Source: Escherichia coli
Lineage (GTDB): Bacteria > Pseudomonadota > Gammaproteobacteria > Enterobacterales > Enterobacteriaceae
Strand: one strand, 5' to 3'
Length of the DNA: 64,000 bases
NCBI RefSeq assembly: GCF_013122565.1
Contig: NZ_CP053258.1
Position 1 is the stretch's first letter. Each line of letters starts with the position of its first letter. Shown in pieces: positions 13,433-23,212 of this stretch. The notes beneath the pieces are model-generated. The model saw only the letters and a list, made by a program, of their open reading frames with translations, ran no database searches and had not been told where the DNA came from. The translations under genes were made by a program, and so were the position numbers.

Positions 13433-16063
13433 ATGAGCAAGAGCACCGCTGAGATCCGTCAGGCGTTTCTCGACTTTTTCCATAGTAAGGGACATCAGGT
13501 AGTTGCCAGCAGCTCCCTGGTACCCCATAACGACCCAACTTTGTTGTTTACCAACGCCGGGATGAACCAGTTCAAGGATGTGTTCCTTGGGCTCGACAAG
13601 CGTAATTATTCCCGCGCTACCACTTCCCAACGCTGCGTGCGTGCGGGTGGTAAACACAACGACCTGGAAAACGTCGGTTACACCGCGCGTCACCATACCT
13701 TCTTCGAAATGCTGGGCAACTTCAGCTTCGGCGACTATTTCAAACACGATGCCATTCAGTTTGCATGGGAACTGCTGACCAGCGAAAAATGGTTTGCCCT
13801 GCCGAAAGAGCGTCTGTGGGTTACCGTCTATGAAAGCGACGACGAAGCCTACGAAATCTGGGAAAAAGAAGTCGGGATCCCGCGCGAACGTATTATTCGC
13901 ATCGGCGATAACAAAGGTGCGCCATACGCATCTGACAACTTCTGGCAGATGGGTGACACTGGTCCGTGCGGCCCGTGCACCGAAATCTTCTACGATCACG
14001 GCGACCACATTTGGGGTGGCCCTCCGGGAAGTCCGGAAGAAGACGGCGACCGCTACATTGAGATCTGGAACATCGTCTTCATGCAGTTCAACCGCCAGGC
14101 CGATGGCACGATGGAACCGCTGCCGAAGCCGTCTGTAGATACCGGTATGGGTCTGGAGCGTATTGCTGCGGTGCTGCAACACGTTAACTCTAACTATGAC
14201 ATCGACCTGTTCCGCACGTTGATCCAGGCGGTAGCGAAAGTCACTGGCGCGACCGATCTGAGCAATAAATCGCTGCGCGTAATCGCTGACCACATTCGTT
14301 CTTGTGCGTTCCTGATCGCGGATGGCGTAATGCCGTCCAATGAAAACCGTGGTTATGTACTGCGTCGTATCATTCGTCGCGCAGTGCGTCACGGTAATAT
14401 GCTCGGCGCGAAAGAAACCTTCTTCTACAAACTGGTTGGTCCGCTGATCGACGTTATGGGCTCTGCGGGTGAAGACCTGAAACGCCAGCAGGCTCAGGTT
14501 GAGCAGGTGCTGAAGACTGAAGAAGAGCAGTTTGCCCGTACTCTGGAGCGCGGTCTGGCGCTGCTGGATGAAGAGCTGGCAAAACTTTCCGGCGACACGC
14601 TGGATGGTGAAACTGCTTTCCGTCTGTACGACACCTATGGCTTCCCGGTTGACCTGACGGCTGATGTTTGTCGTGAGCGCAACATCAAAGTTGACGAAGC
14701 TGGTTTTGAAGCAGCAATGGAAGAGCAGCGTCGTCGGGCGCGCGAAGCCAGCGGCTTTGGTGCCGATTACAACGCAATGATCCGTGTTGACAGTGCATCT
14801 GAATTTAAAGGCTATGACCATCTGGAACTGAACGGCAAAGTGACCGCGCTGTTTGTTGATGGTAAAGCGGTTGATGCTATCAATGCAGGCCAGGAAGCTG
14901 TGGTCGTGCTGGATCAAACGCCATTCTATGCGGAATCCGGCGGTCAGGTTGGCGATAAAGGCGAACTGAAAGGCGCTAACTTCTCCTTTGCGGTGGAAGA
15001 TACGCAGAAATACGGCCAGGCGATTGGTCACATCGGTAAACTTGCTGCGGGTTCTCTGAAAGTGGGCGACGCGGTGCAGGCTGATGTTGATGAGGCTCGT
15101 CGCGCCCGTATTCGTCTGAATCACTCCGCAACGCACCTGATGCACGCTGCGCTGCGCCAGGTTCTGGGTACTCATGTATCGCAGAAAGGTTCACTGGTTA
15201 ACGACAAAGTGCTGCGCTTCGACTTCTCACACAACGAAGCGATGAAACCAGAAGAGATTCGTGCGGTCGAAGACCTGGTGAACGCACAGATTCGTCGCAA
15301 TTTGCCGATCGAAACCAACATCATGGATCTCGAAGCGGCGAAAGCGAAAGGTGCGATGGCGCTGTTCGGCGAGAAGTATGATGAGCGCGTACGCGTGCTG
15401 AGCATGGGCGATTTCTCCACCGAGTTGTGTGGCGGTACTCACGCCAGCCGCACTGGTGATATTGGTCTGTTCCGCATCATCTCTGAATCGGGTACTGCTG
15501 CAGGCGTTCGTCGTATCGAAGCGGTAACCGGAGAAGGCGCTATCGCCACCGTTCATGCAGACAGCGATCGCTTAAGCGAAGTCGCACATCTGCTGAAAGG
15601 CGATAGCAATAATCTGGCTGATAAAGTGCGCTCAGTACTGGAACGTACGCGTCAGCTGGAAAAAGAGTTACAACAGCTTAAAGAACAAGCTGCCGCACAG
15701 GAGAGCGCAAATCTTTCCAGTAAGGCAATTGATGTTAATGGTGTTAAGCTGTTGGTTAGCGAGCTTAGCGGTGTTGAGCCGAAGATGTTGCGTACCATGG
15801 TTGACGATTTAAAAAATCAGCTGGGGTCGACAATTATCGTGCTGGCAACGGTAGCCGAAGGTAAGGTTTCTCTGATTGCAGGCGTATCTAAGGACGTCAC
15901 AGATCGTGTGAAAGCAGGGGAACTGATTGGTATGGTCGCTCAGCAGGTGGGCGGCAAGGGTGGTGGACGTCCTGACATGGCGCAAGCCGGTGGTACGGAT
16001 GCTGCGGCCTTACCTGCAGCGTTAGCCAGTGTGAAAGGCTGGGTCAGCGCGAAATTGCAATAA
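13433..16063 (+). CDS. alaS: alanine--tRNA ligase
   Basis: 876 aa; class II aaRS motifs and C-terminal editing/DHHA1-type region; synteny. Confidence 0.97.
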   Translation: MSKSTAEIRQAFLDFFHSKGHQVVASSSLVPHNDPTLLFTNAGMNQFKDVFLGLDKRNYSRATTSQRCVRAGGKHNDLENVGYTARHHTFFEMLGNFSFGDYFKHDAIQFAWELLTSEKWFALPKERLWVTVYESDDEAYEIWEKEVGIPRERIIRIGDNKGAPYASDNFWQMGDTGPCGPCTEIFYDHGDHIWGGPPGSPEEDGDRYIEIWNIVFMQFNRQADGTMEPLPKPSVDTGMGLERIAAVLQHVNSNYDIDLFRTLIQAVAKVTGATDLSNKSLRVIADHIRSCAFLIADGVMPSNENRGYVLRRIIRRAVRHGNMLGAKETFFYKLVGPLIDVMGSAGEDLKRQQAQVEQVLKTEEEQFARTLERGLALLDEELAKLSGDTLDGETAFRLYDTYGFPVDLTADVCRERNIKVDEAGFEAAMEEQRRRAREASGFGADYNAMIRVDSASEFKGYDHLELNGKVTALFVDGKAVDAINAGQEAVVVLDQTPFYAESGGQVGDKGELKGANFSFAVEDTQKYGQAIGHIGKLAAGSLKVGDAVQADVDEARRARIRLNHSATHLMHAALRQVLGTHVSQKGSLVNDKVLRFDFSHNEAMKPEEIRAVEDLVNAQIRRNLPIETNIMDLEAAKAKGAMALFGEKYDERVRVLSMGDFSTELCGGTHASRTGDIGLFRIISESGTAAGVRRIEAVTGEGAIATVHADSDRLSEVAHLLKGDSNNLADKVRSVLERTRQLEKELQQLKEQAAAQESANLSSKAIDVNGVKLLVSELSGVEPKMLRTMVDDLKNQLGSTIIVLATVAEGKVSLIAGVSKDVTDRVKAGELIGMVAQQVGGKGGGRPDMAQAGGTDAAALPAALASVKGWVSAKLQ

Positions 16064-16297
16064 TATAAGCGTCAGGCAATGCCGTGGACTCGCTTCACGG
16101 CATTCGCATTAACGCTATCGACAACGATAAAGTCAGGTTGAAGTTGTGTATATCGGCTAAACTTAGGTTTAACAGAATGTAATGCCATGACTGCTTAGAT
16201 GTAATGTGTTTGTCATTGCTTACTTTTTGGCGTTATATGATGGATAATGCCGGGATACAGAGAGACCCGACTCTTTTAATCTTTCAAGGAGCAAAGA

Positions 16298-16483
16298 ATG
16301 CTGATTCTGACTCGTCGAGTTGGTGAGACCCTCATGATTGGGGATGAGGTCACCGTGACAGTTTTAGGGGTAAAGGGCAACCAGGTACGTATTGGCGTAA
16401 ATGCCCCGAAGGAAGTTTCTGTTCACCGTGAAGAGATCTACCAGCGTATCCAGGCTGAAAAATCCCAGCAGTCCAGTTACTAA
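16298..16483 (+). CDS. csrA: carbon storage regulator (RNA-binding global regulator)
   Basis: 61 aa [48 protein letters not shown], the hallmark CsrA sequence. Confidence 0.97.
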
Positions 16484-16708
16484 TCTTTCCGCGTCTCATC
16501 TTTATCGGTGAGACGCACCCTCAAAATTTCTCCTTCACTCCATTGTCTTTTCGCTTTACTCCCGTTCATTCAACTTAAGTCTCCATTTTTTTGCATTACT
16601 GCTATCTGCCAGACCTCCGTTTTTCTGTTGATAAAACACTCTTTTTGACGTTTTTACAGACTAATTGAGCGTGAAGTGTGCAAACGATAAAAGTGTGGGA
16701 AAAATTGT

Positions 16709-16736
16709 TTGACTTATAAGTCTCAGAAAGTAATAT
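16709..16736 (+). promoter_or_regulatory. candidate sigma-70 promoter of the serV-arg tRNA operon
   Basis: TTGACT, 16-bp spacer, TAATAT, then a GC-rich discriminator (gtgcgccacgc) typical of stringently controlled stable-RNA promoters; about 60 bp upstream of tRNA-Ser. Confidence 0.45.
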
Positions 16737-16798
16737 GTGCGCCACGCAGCGACGATGAGCGATAAACAAGTTCTTCGAAGCACTCGTAAGAGGCGTGT

Positions 16799-16891
16799 GG
16801 TGAGGTGGCCGAGAGGCTGAAGGCGCTCCCCTGCTAAGGGAGTATGCGGTTAAAAGCTGCATCCGGGGTTCGAATCCCCGCCTCACCGCCA
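16799..16891 (+). tRNA. serV: tRNA-Ser (anticodon GCU)
   Basis: 93-nt cloverleaf with long variable arm, anticodon loop CTGCTAA, 3' CCA encoded. Confidence 0.93.
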
Positions 16892-16894
16892 TTT

Positions 16895-16971
16895 GCATCC
16901 GTAGCTCAGCTGGATAGAGTACTCGGCTACGAACCGAGCGGTCGGAGGTTCGAATCCTCCCGGATGCACCA
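16895..16971 (+). tRNA. argV: tRNA-Arg (anticodon ACG), copy 1
   Basis: GCATCCGTAGCTCAGCTGGATAGAGTACTCGGCTACGAACCGAGCGGTCGGAGGTTCGAATCCTCCCGGATGCACCA; anticodon loop CTACGAA. Symbol assignment among the four copies is arbitrary. Confidence 0.93.
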
Positions 16972-17105
16972 TATTCTACGTACTTTCAGCGATGAAGGTA
17001 TGGAAGAGGTGGCGGTAATAACCGCAGGCACCAGGGAGGATAACGTTGCTTTAGCAACGGCCCGAAGGGCGAGCCGCAAGGCGAGTAATCCTCCCGGATG
17101 CACCA
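16972..17105 (+). repeat. about 130-nt element ending in a degenerate tRNA-Arg 3' end (copy A)
   Basis: Sequence directly after copy 1 ends in ...gagtaatCCTCCCGGATGCACCA, reproducing the tRNA-Arg acceptor/T-arm 3' half without the 5' half. Confidence 0.55.
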
Positions 17106-17169
17106 TCTCTTACTTGATACGGCTTTAGTAGCGGTATCAAAAAATCTGCAGTAAAGTAAGTTTCCCGAT

Positions 17170-17246
17170 GCATCCGTAGCTCAGCTGGATAGAGTACTCG
17201 GCTACGAACCGAGCGGTCGGAGGTTCGAATCCTCCCGGATGCACCA
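17170..17246 (+). tRNA. argY: tRNA-Arg (anticodon ACG), copy 2
   Basis: Identical 77-nt sequence to copy 1. Confidence 0.93.
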
Positions 17247-17308
17247 TCTCTTACTTGATATGGCTTTAGTAGCGGTATCAATATCAGCAGTAAAATAAAT
17301 TTTCCGAT

Positions 17309-17385
17309 GCATCCGTAGCTCAGCTGGATAGAGTACTCGGCTACGAACCGAGCGGTCGGAGGTTCGAATCCTCCCGGATGCACCA
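17309..17385 (+). tRNA. argZ: tRNA-Arg (anticodon ACG), copy 3
   Basis: Identical 77-nt sequence; the preceding spacer is near-identical to the spacer before copy 4. Confidence 0.93.
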
Positions 17386-17447
17386 TCTCTTAATTGATAT
17401 GGCTTTAGTAGCGGTATCAATATCAGCAGTAAAATAAATTTCCCGAT

Positions 17448-17524
17448 GCATCCGTAGCTCAGCTGGATAGAGTACTCGGCTACGAACCGAGCGGTCGGAG
17501 GTTCGAATCCTCCCGGATGCACCA
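17448..17524 (+). tRNA. argQ: tRNA-Arg (anticodon ACG), copy 4
   Basis: Identical 77-nt sequence. Confidence 0.93.
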
Positions 17525-17657
17525 TATTCTCCGAAATCTTCAGCAATGAAGGTATCGAAGAGGTAGCGGAATTAACCGCAGGCACCAGGGAGGATAACGT
17601 TGCGCCAGCAACGGTCCGAAGGGCGAACGCCAGTGAGTCATCCTCCCGGATGCACCA
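17525..17657 (+). repeat. about 130-nt element ending in a degenerate tRNA-Arg 3' end (copy B)
   Basis: Roughly 85% identical to copy A by eye (gaagaggtRgcgg...ccgcaggcaccagggaggataacgttgc...), ending ...gagtcaTCCTCCCGGATGCACCA. Confidence 0.55.
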
Positions 17658-17804
17658 TCTTCTCCCAAAAATTTCCTTCAAAAATATCTCATTTCTAAAT
17701 AACTACTTTATCCATTTCCTGAATTTTCTTCTCCTTCTCCATCAGCGACAAAATCAAGCAATTACGCTAAAGTAGCGTCATATTTTTCGACTTGCGAGAA
17801 GACC

Positions 17805-18371
17805 ATGTACGAGCGTTATGCAGGTTTAATTTTTGATATGGATGGCACAATCCTGGATACGGAGCCTACGCACCGTAAAGCGTGGCGCGAAGTATTAGGG
17901 CACTACGGTCTTCAGTACGATGTTCAGGCAATGATTGCGCTTAATGGCTCGCCCACCTGGCGTATTGCTCAGGCGATTATTGAGCTGAATCAGGCCGATC
18001 TCGACCCGCATGCGTTAGCGCGTGAAAAAACAGAAGCAGTAAGAAGTATGCTGCTGGATAGTGTCGAGCCGCTTCCTCTTGTTGAAGTGGTGAAAAGTTG
18101 GCATGGTCGTCGCCCAATGGCTGTAGGAACGGGGAGTGAAAGCGCCATCGCTGAGGCATTGCTGGCGCATCTGGGATTACGCCGTTATTTTGACGCTGTC
18201 GTCGCTGCTGATCACGTCAAACACCATAAACCCGCGCCAGACACATTTTTGTTGTGCGCGCAGCGTATGGGCGTGCAACCGACACAGTGTGTGGTCTTTG
18301 AAGATGCCGATTTCGGTATTCAGGCGGCCCGTGCAGCAGGCATGGACGCTGTGGATGTTCGCTTGCTGTGA
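17805..18371 (+). CDS. yqaB: HAD-superfamily sugar phosphatase
   Basis: 188 aa with the N-terminal FDMDGT HAD motif I. Confidence 0.9.
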   Translation: MYERYAGLIFDMDGTILDTEPTHRKAWREVLGHYGLQYDVQAMIALNGSPTWRIAQAIIELNQADLDPHALAREKTEAVRSMLLDSVEPLPLVEVVKSWHGRRPMAVGTGSESAIAEALLAHLGLRRYFDAVVAADHVKHHKPAPDTFLLCAQRMGVQPTQCVVFEDADFGIQAARAAGMDAVDVRLL

Positions 18372-18796
18372 GTGAAGCGTTATCGCTTTTCTCGTTGTTT
18401 GCCAGTAGTTTTCTCAGCGCTACACTATTACCCGGCAACTCCGAAGTCGTGCTGGTGGCAATGTTGCTTTCCGGGATCAGTCATCCCTGGGTTTTAGTTT
18501 TAACAGCAACAATGGGTAATAGCCTTGGAGGGTTAACTAACGTTATCCTTGGGCGTTTCTTTCCATTGCGTAAAACATCGCGCTGGCAAGAGAAAGCTAC
18601 CGGCTGGCTGAAACGCTATGGTGCAGTCACGCTATTATTAAGCTGGATGCCCGTGGTTGGCGATTTACTGTGTCTGTTAGCGGGATGGATGCGCATCTCC
18701 TGGGGACCGGTAATCTTTTTTTTGTGCCTTGGTAAAGCGTTACGCTATGTTGCAGTTGCAGCAGCTACCGTTCAGGGCATGATGTGGTGGCACTAA
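18368..18796 (+). CDS. yqaA: inner-membrane protein, DedA/SNARE-associated-like
   Basis: 142 aa hydrophobic protein; GTG start overlapping the yqaB stop (GTGA). Confidence 0.85.
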   Translation: MSEALSLFSLFASSFLSATLLPGNSEVVLVAMLLSGISHPWVLVLTATMGNSLGGLTNVILGRFFPLRKTSRWQEKATGWLKRYGAVTLLLSWMPVVGDLLCLLAGWMRISWGPVIFFLCLGKALRYVAVAAATVQGMMWWH

Positions 18797-18841
18797 TTGT
18801 AGGCCTGCACATATGGTCACCATTACAGTTATGCTAATTAA

Positions 18842-20425
<1,584 letters not shown>

Positions 20426-20433
20426 CAGAAAAG

Positions 20434-20506
20434 AAAAAGGCCACTCGTGAGTGGCCAAAATTTCATCTCTGAATTCAGGGATGATGATAACAAATGCGCG
20501 TCTTTC
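20434..20506 (-). ncRNA. micA: MicA (SraD) small regulatory RNA
   Basis: Minus-strand sequence GAAAGACGCGCATTTGTTATCATCATCCCTGAATTCAGAGATGAAATTTTGGCCACTCACGAGTGGCCTTTTT matches the MicA sequence as I recall it, including the intrinsic terminator; convergent with gshA and divergent from luxS. Confidence 0.85.
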
Positions 20507-20574
20507 ATATACTCAGACTCGCCTGGGAAGAAAGAGTTCAGAAAATTTTTAAAAAAATTACCGGAGGTGGCTAA

Positions 20575-21090
20575 ATGCCGTTGTTAGATAGCTTCACAGT
20601 CGATCATACCCGGATGGAAGCGCCTGCAGTTCGGGTGGCGAAAACAATGAACACCCCGCATGGCGACGCAATCACCGTGTTCGATCTGCGCTTCTGCGTG
20701 CCGAACAAAGAAGTGATGCCAGAAAGAGGGATCCATACCCTGGAGCACCTGTTTGCTGGTTTTATGCGTAACCATCTTAACGGTAATGGTGTAGAGATTA
20801 TCGATATCTCGCCAATGGGCTGCCGCACCGGTTTTTATATGAGTCTGATTGGTACGCCAGATGAGCAGCGTGTCGCTGATGCCTGGAAAGCGGCAATGGA
20901 AGACGTGCTGAAAGTGCAGGATCAGAATCAGATCCCGGAACTGAACGTCTACCAGTGTGGCACTTACCAGATGCACTCGTTGCAGGAAGCGCAGGATATT
21001 GCGCGTAGCATTCTGGAACGTGACGTGCGCATCAACAGCAACGAAGAACTGGCGCTGCCGAAAGAAAAGTTGCAGGAACTGCACATTTAG
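20575..21090 (+). CDS. luxS: S-ribosylhomocysteine lyase (AI-2 synthase)
   Basis: 171 aa with the HTLEHL metal-binding motif. Confidence 0.96.
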
Positions 21091-21107
21091 TCAGTGGAAC
21101 AAAAGAA

Positions 21108-21140
21108 GCCGGGCAGGTGACACCACCGCCCGGTTTTTTT
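21108..21140 (+). terminator. luxS intrinsic terminator
   Basis: gccgggcaggtgacaccaccgcccgg hairpin followed by ttttttt; the T-run overlaps the stop codon of the convergent minus-strand gene at 21139. Confidence 0.75.
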
Positions 21141-22251
21141 ACCTTTCAATCACCCGATACTCCACGCTATGTGCTTCATCAGGTTGAGGAACTTCCAGCC
21201 TTGAGGCCATCCGCAGCACGACCGCTTCAGGAACTGCATACTCGCGTCTGGCATTTTGCTGCTTCCATTGCGTCCATGGCACTTCCAGATAAACGATTTT
21301 TACTCGTGCGCCGTAAGCCGTAAACAGACTGATGAGCTGGCTACGCAGCTGGCGGGTAATGTTCGTTGCATTCCAGATGAACGGCTTTTTCTGGCGTAAA
21401 AAAACGCGTGCCTCTTCTTTTGCCTGTTGCACAATACGCCCGGTGGCGGTTTTGTCGTCCGGACTGGCATTGATTCGCCGCCGCATATCATCAAGGCTGA
21501 TAACGTCAATTCCCTGGCACTGTTCACTGATATAGCGATCTTTGCCCATACCCGGTAAGCCACACAGCAAAATAACCTCAAAAGGTTCAGCCCCCCAGGG
21601 AACAAAATCAGGAGAACTTTGCTCATGAGTCAGGTAGTGCCAGCGTGCGGAATCAGAAACGAACGGGCGCACTTTTCCCCAACACTGTTGCTCCTGGCAA
21701 AACAGCTCGAACAGATCGATGCGTTCCAGCATTGATTGCTGATCCGGGCTTTGGCGACCAAGCAGATCGGCACGAGCAAGCAAAGCGAGCAGACGCGTGT
21801 CGATGCGCATTGCAGCCGTGAGCAGCAAACGCTCCGGTTCCGGACGTTCCAGTAACCACAGCGGTAACCCATGCAGACGCACCAGCGCAACAATTTGCTC
21901 GCGTAGCACGAACGGCGTAGGGATATCGCGCCATAAAATTTGTCGGGCCGTCAATTCGCCCCGCCGAGCATGGCCAGGCGACTGAATACGTCCGTTTTCC
22001 TGCACGGTAGTGCTGCGCTTTTCAACATCATGCAATAACGCCGCCGCCCATAAAACTTCCTGCTGTTGAGCGGGGAGTTGCTGGAATTCTGGCAGAGTAA
22101 CGAGGGCGTTCAGCACCATTTCGGTATGCACGCCGACGTCGCCTTCACCATGATGCTCCGGGTCTTGTGGCGTGTGATGCATCTCCTCAACCCAACTGAA
22201 ACGCTGGAGTAGTGTCGACCAGCGTTTATCGTCGGTAAGCTGCCAAATCAT
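21139..22251 (-). CDS. two-domain protein: N-terminal HD-family phosphohydrolase fused to C-terminal P-loop polynucleotide-kinase-like domain (putative RNA end-healing enzyme)
   Basis: 370 aa. N-terminal half carries the HD signature H..H ([11 protein letters not shown]), HD (ALLHDVEKR), H (SPGHARRG), D (LARADLLGR). C-terminal half carries Walker [13 protein letters not shown], then SLDDMRRR and [10 protein letters not shown]...[13 protein letters not shown]...VPEAVVLRM, which parallels the T4 Pnk kinase-domain pattern as I recall it. Start overlaps the upstream gene by ATGA. Confidence 0.7.
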   Translation of the reverse strand: MIWQLTDDKRWSTLLQRFSWVEEMHHTPQDPEHHGEGDVGVHTEMVLNALVTLPEFQQLPAQQQEVLWAAALLHDVEKRSTTVQENGRIQSPGHARRGELTARQILWRDIPTPFVLREQIVALVRLHGLPLWLLERPEPERLLLTAAMRIDTRLLALLARADLLGRQSPDQQSMLERIDLFELFCQEQQCWGKVRPFVSDSARWHYLTHEQSSPDFVPWGAEPFEVILLCGLPGMGKDRYISEQCQGIDVISLDDMRRRINASPDDKTATGRIVQQAKEEARVFLRQKKPFIWNATNITRQLRSQLISLFTAYGARVKIVYLEVPWTQWKQQNARREYAVPEAVVLRMASRLEVPQPDEAHSVEYRVIER

Positions 22252-22955
22252 GACTGTTCTCCATAAGCGAACTCATGGGCCATCCGCGCCCGTTGCCAGT
22301 GTCGTTTCCAGTGCACGGTGGTTTTGACATGATTTTTGCGCACATACTTGAAGACGTTATGCGAAAAGTCAGCGACGGAAAACGCATCACGATTCCGGCT
22401 GACAATGCCTTCCAGCGTACAGGGTTGCCCGGTTTGTGTATCCCAGGGATCGAACGCGCCGCGCGCATTGGTCAGTGCCAGAAAATCACGTTGCCAGCTT
22501 TTTTCATCATTCCCCGGCTGCGGACCGGAGATTTCGGGAACGCAGGGGAAATCAAACAGAGCGGCGTAAAACTGCACCTCTTCCCAGCTCAGCCACATAT
22601 CCTGGCAGCGAACGGCAAACAGGTAAAAGTCCTGTTCCAGCGCGCGGTATTCAATGGAATGAACGGCGTAGAGATTTTCACCAAACAGTTCCAGATCGCC
22701 GAGATCGTTTTTCAGCAGTTGCCAACGCTGGCGAATTTTATAAGTCCATGCCGACTGCGTAGGCGCAGCATGGGAACGGGCAAACACGCCGTAGCGGTTA
22801 AGGCAGTTATTTTCGCCGTCGAGTTTTTCTGTGTGCACCAGTTGCGCAATGGCCTGTAAATCCTGCCAGTAATCGGCGTTAATGCGGTCATCGCTGGTGG
22901 TGCCAGGGGAGAAAGGATAATGCCAGGTTCTCCCGTATTTTCGTTGGGTATTCAT
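22248..22955 (-). CDS. small nucleotidyltransferase of the ATP-dependent RNA ligase type (putative RNA sealing enzyme)
   Basis: 235 aa. Candidate covalent-nucleotidyltransferase motifs: motif [10 protein letters not shown] (KxDGxN), motif IV-like TLEGIVSRN, motif V-like lysine pair [10 protein letters not shown]. Translationally coupled to the HD/kinase gene. Confidence 0.65.
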   Translation of the reverse strand: MNTQRKYGRTWHYPFSPGTTSDDRINADYWQDLQAIAQLVHTEKLDGENNCLNRYGVFARSHAAPTQSAWTYKIRQRWQLLKNDLGDLELFGENLYAVHSIEYRALEQDFYLFAVRCQDMWLSWEEVQFYAALFDFPCVPEISGPQPGNDEKSWQRDFLALTNARGAFDPWDTQTGQPCTLEGIVSRNRDAFSVADFSHNVFKYVRKNHVKTTVHWKRHWQRARMAHEFAYGEQS

Positions 22956-23175
22956 AATAATCCATTATTTTGTGTGTAATAAATGTACGCCCGCGAGGGT
23001 GCGAGTTATGGGGTTAAAAGAAAAATGTGAGTATCACCCGCGAAAGCGAGGGCGAAGGAAAAAGAGAATTAACAACCTGAGCGAATGCTCAGAACCGGTT
23101 AATGGTGAATGGAAGAGTTTGGGGCGGCGAAAAGATACACCGAATGAGTGGATAAAACAACCGTTTGCAGAATGA

Positions 23176-23205
23176 GCAAATAAAAAGGGAGCCGAAGCTC
23201 CCTTT
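23176..23205 (-). terminator. emrB intrinsic terminator
   Basis: Minus strand reads gggagcttcggctccc hairpin followed by tttttatttg, immediately after the emrB stop. Confidence 0.65.
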
Positions 23206-23212
23206 GACAACC

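Noticed and set aside
13346-15175. 609-aa ORF on the minus strand
   Set aside because: Lies entirely antisense within alaS, which is unambiguous; the protein is low-complexity and Arg/Thr-rich, typical of antisense read-through of a GC-rich gene.
16895-17657. Possible CRISPR array (regular repeat-spacer pattern)
   Set aside because: The repeats are 77-nt tRNA-Arg genes with cloverleaf structure and the spacers are partly identical to one another; no cas genes nearby. No CRISPR array was found anywhere in the window.
17051-17681. Two minus-strand ORFs (111 aa and 159 aa) with an internal repeated peptide
   Set aside because: They are translations across the tandem tRNA-Arg genes; the repeated peptide simply reflects the repeated tRNA sequence.
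22275-22859. 194-aa plus-strand ORF
   Set aside because: Antisense and internal to the ligase-like gene; no ribosome-binding site; the minus-strand gene has the conserved catalytic motifs and operon coupling.
22972-23175. 67-aa plus-strand ORF with a basic KRGRRKKR stretch
   Set aside because: No ribosome-binding site, located in the leader of the convergent operon, and composition consistent with chance translation; retained only as a remote possibility.
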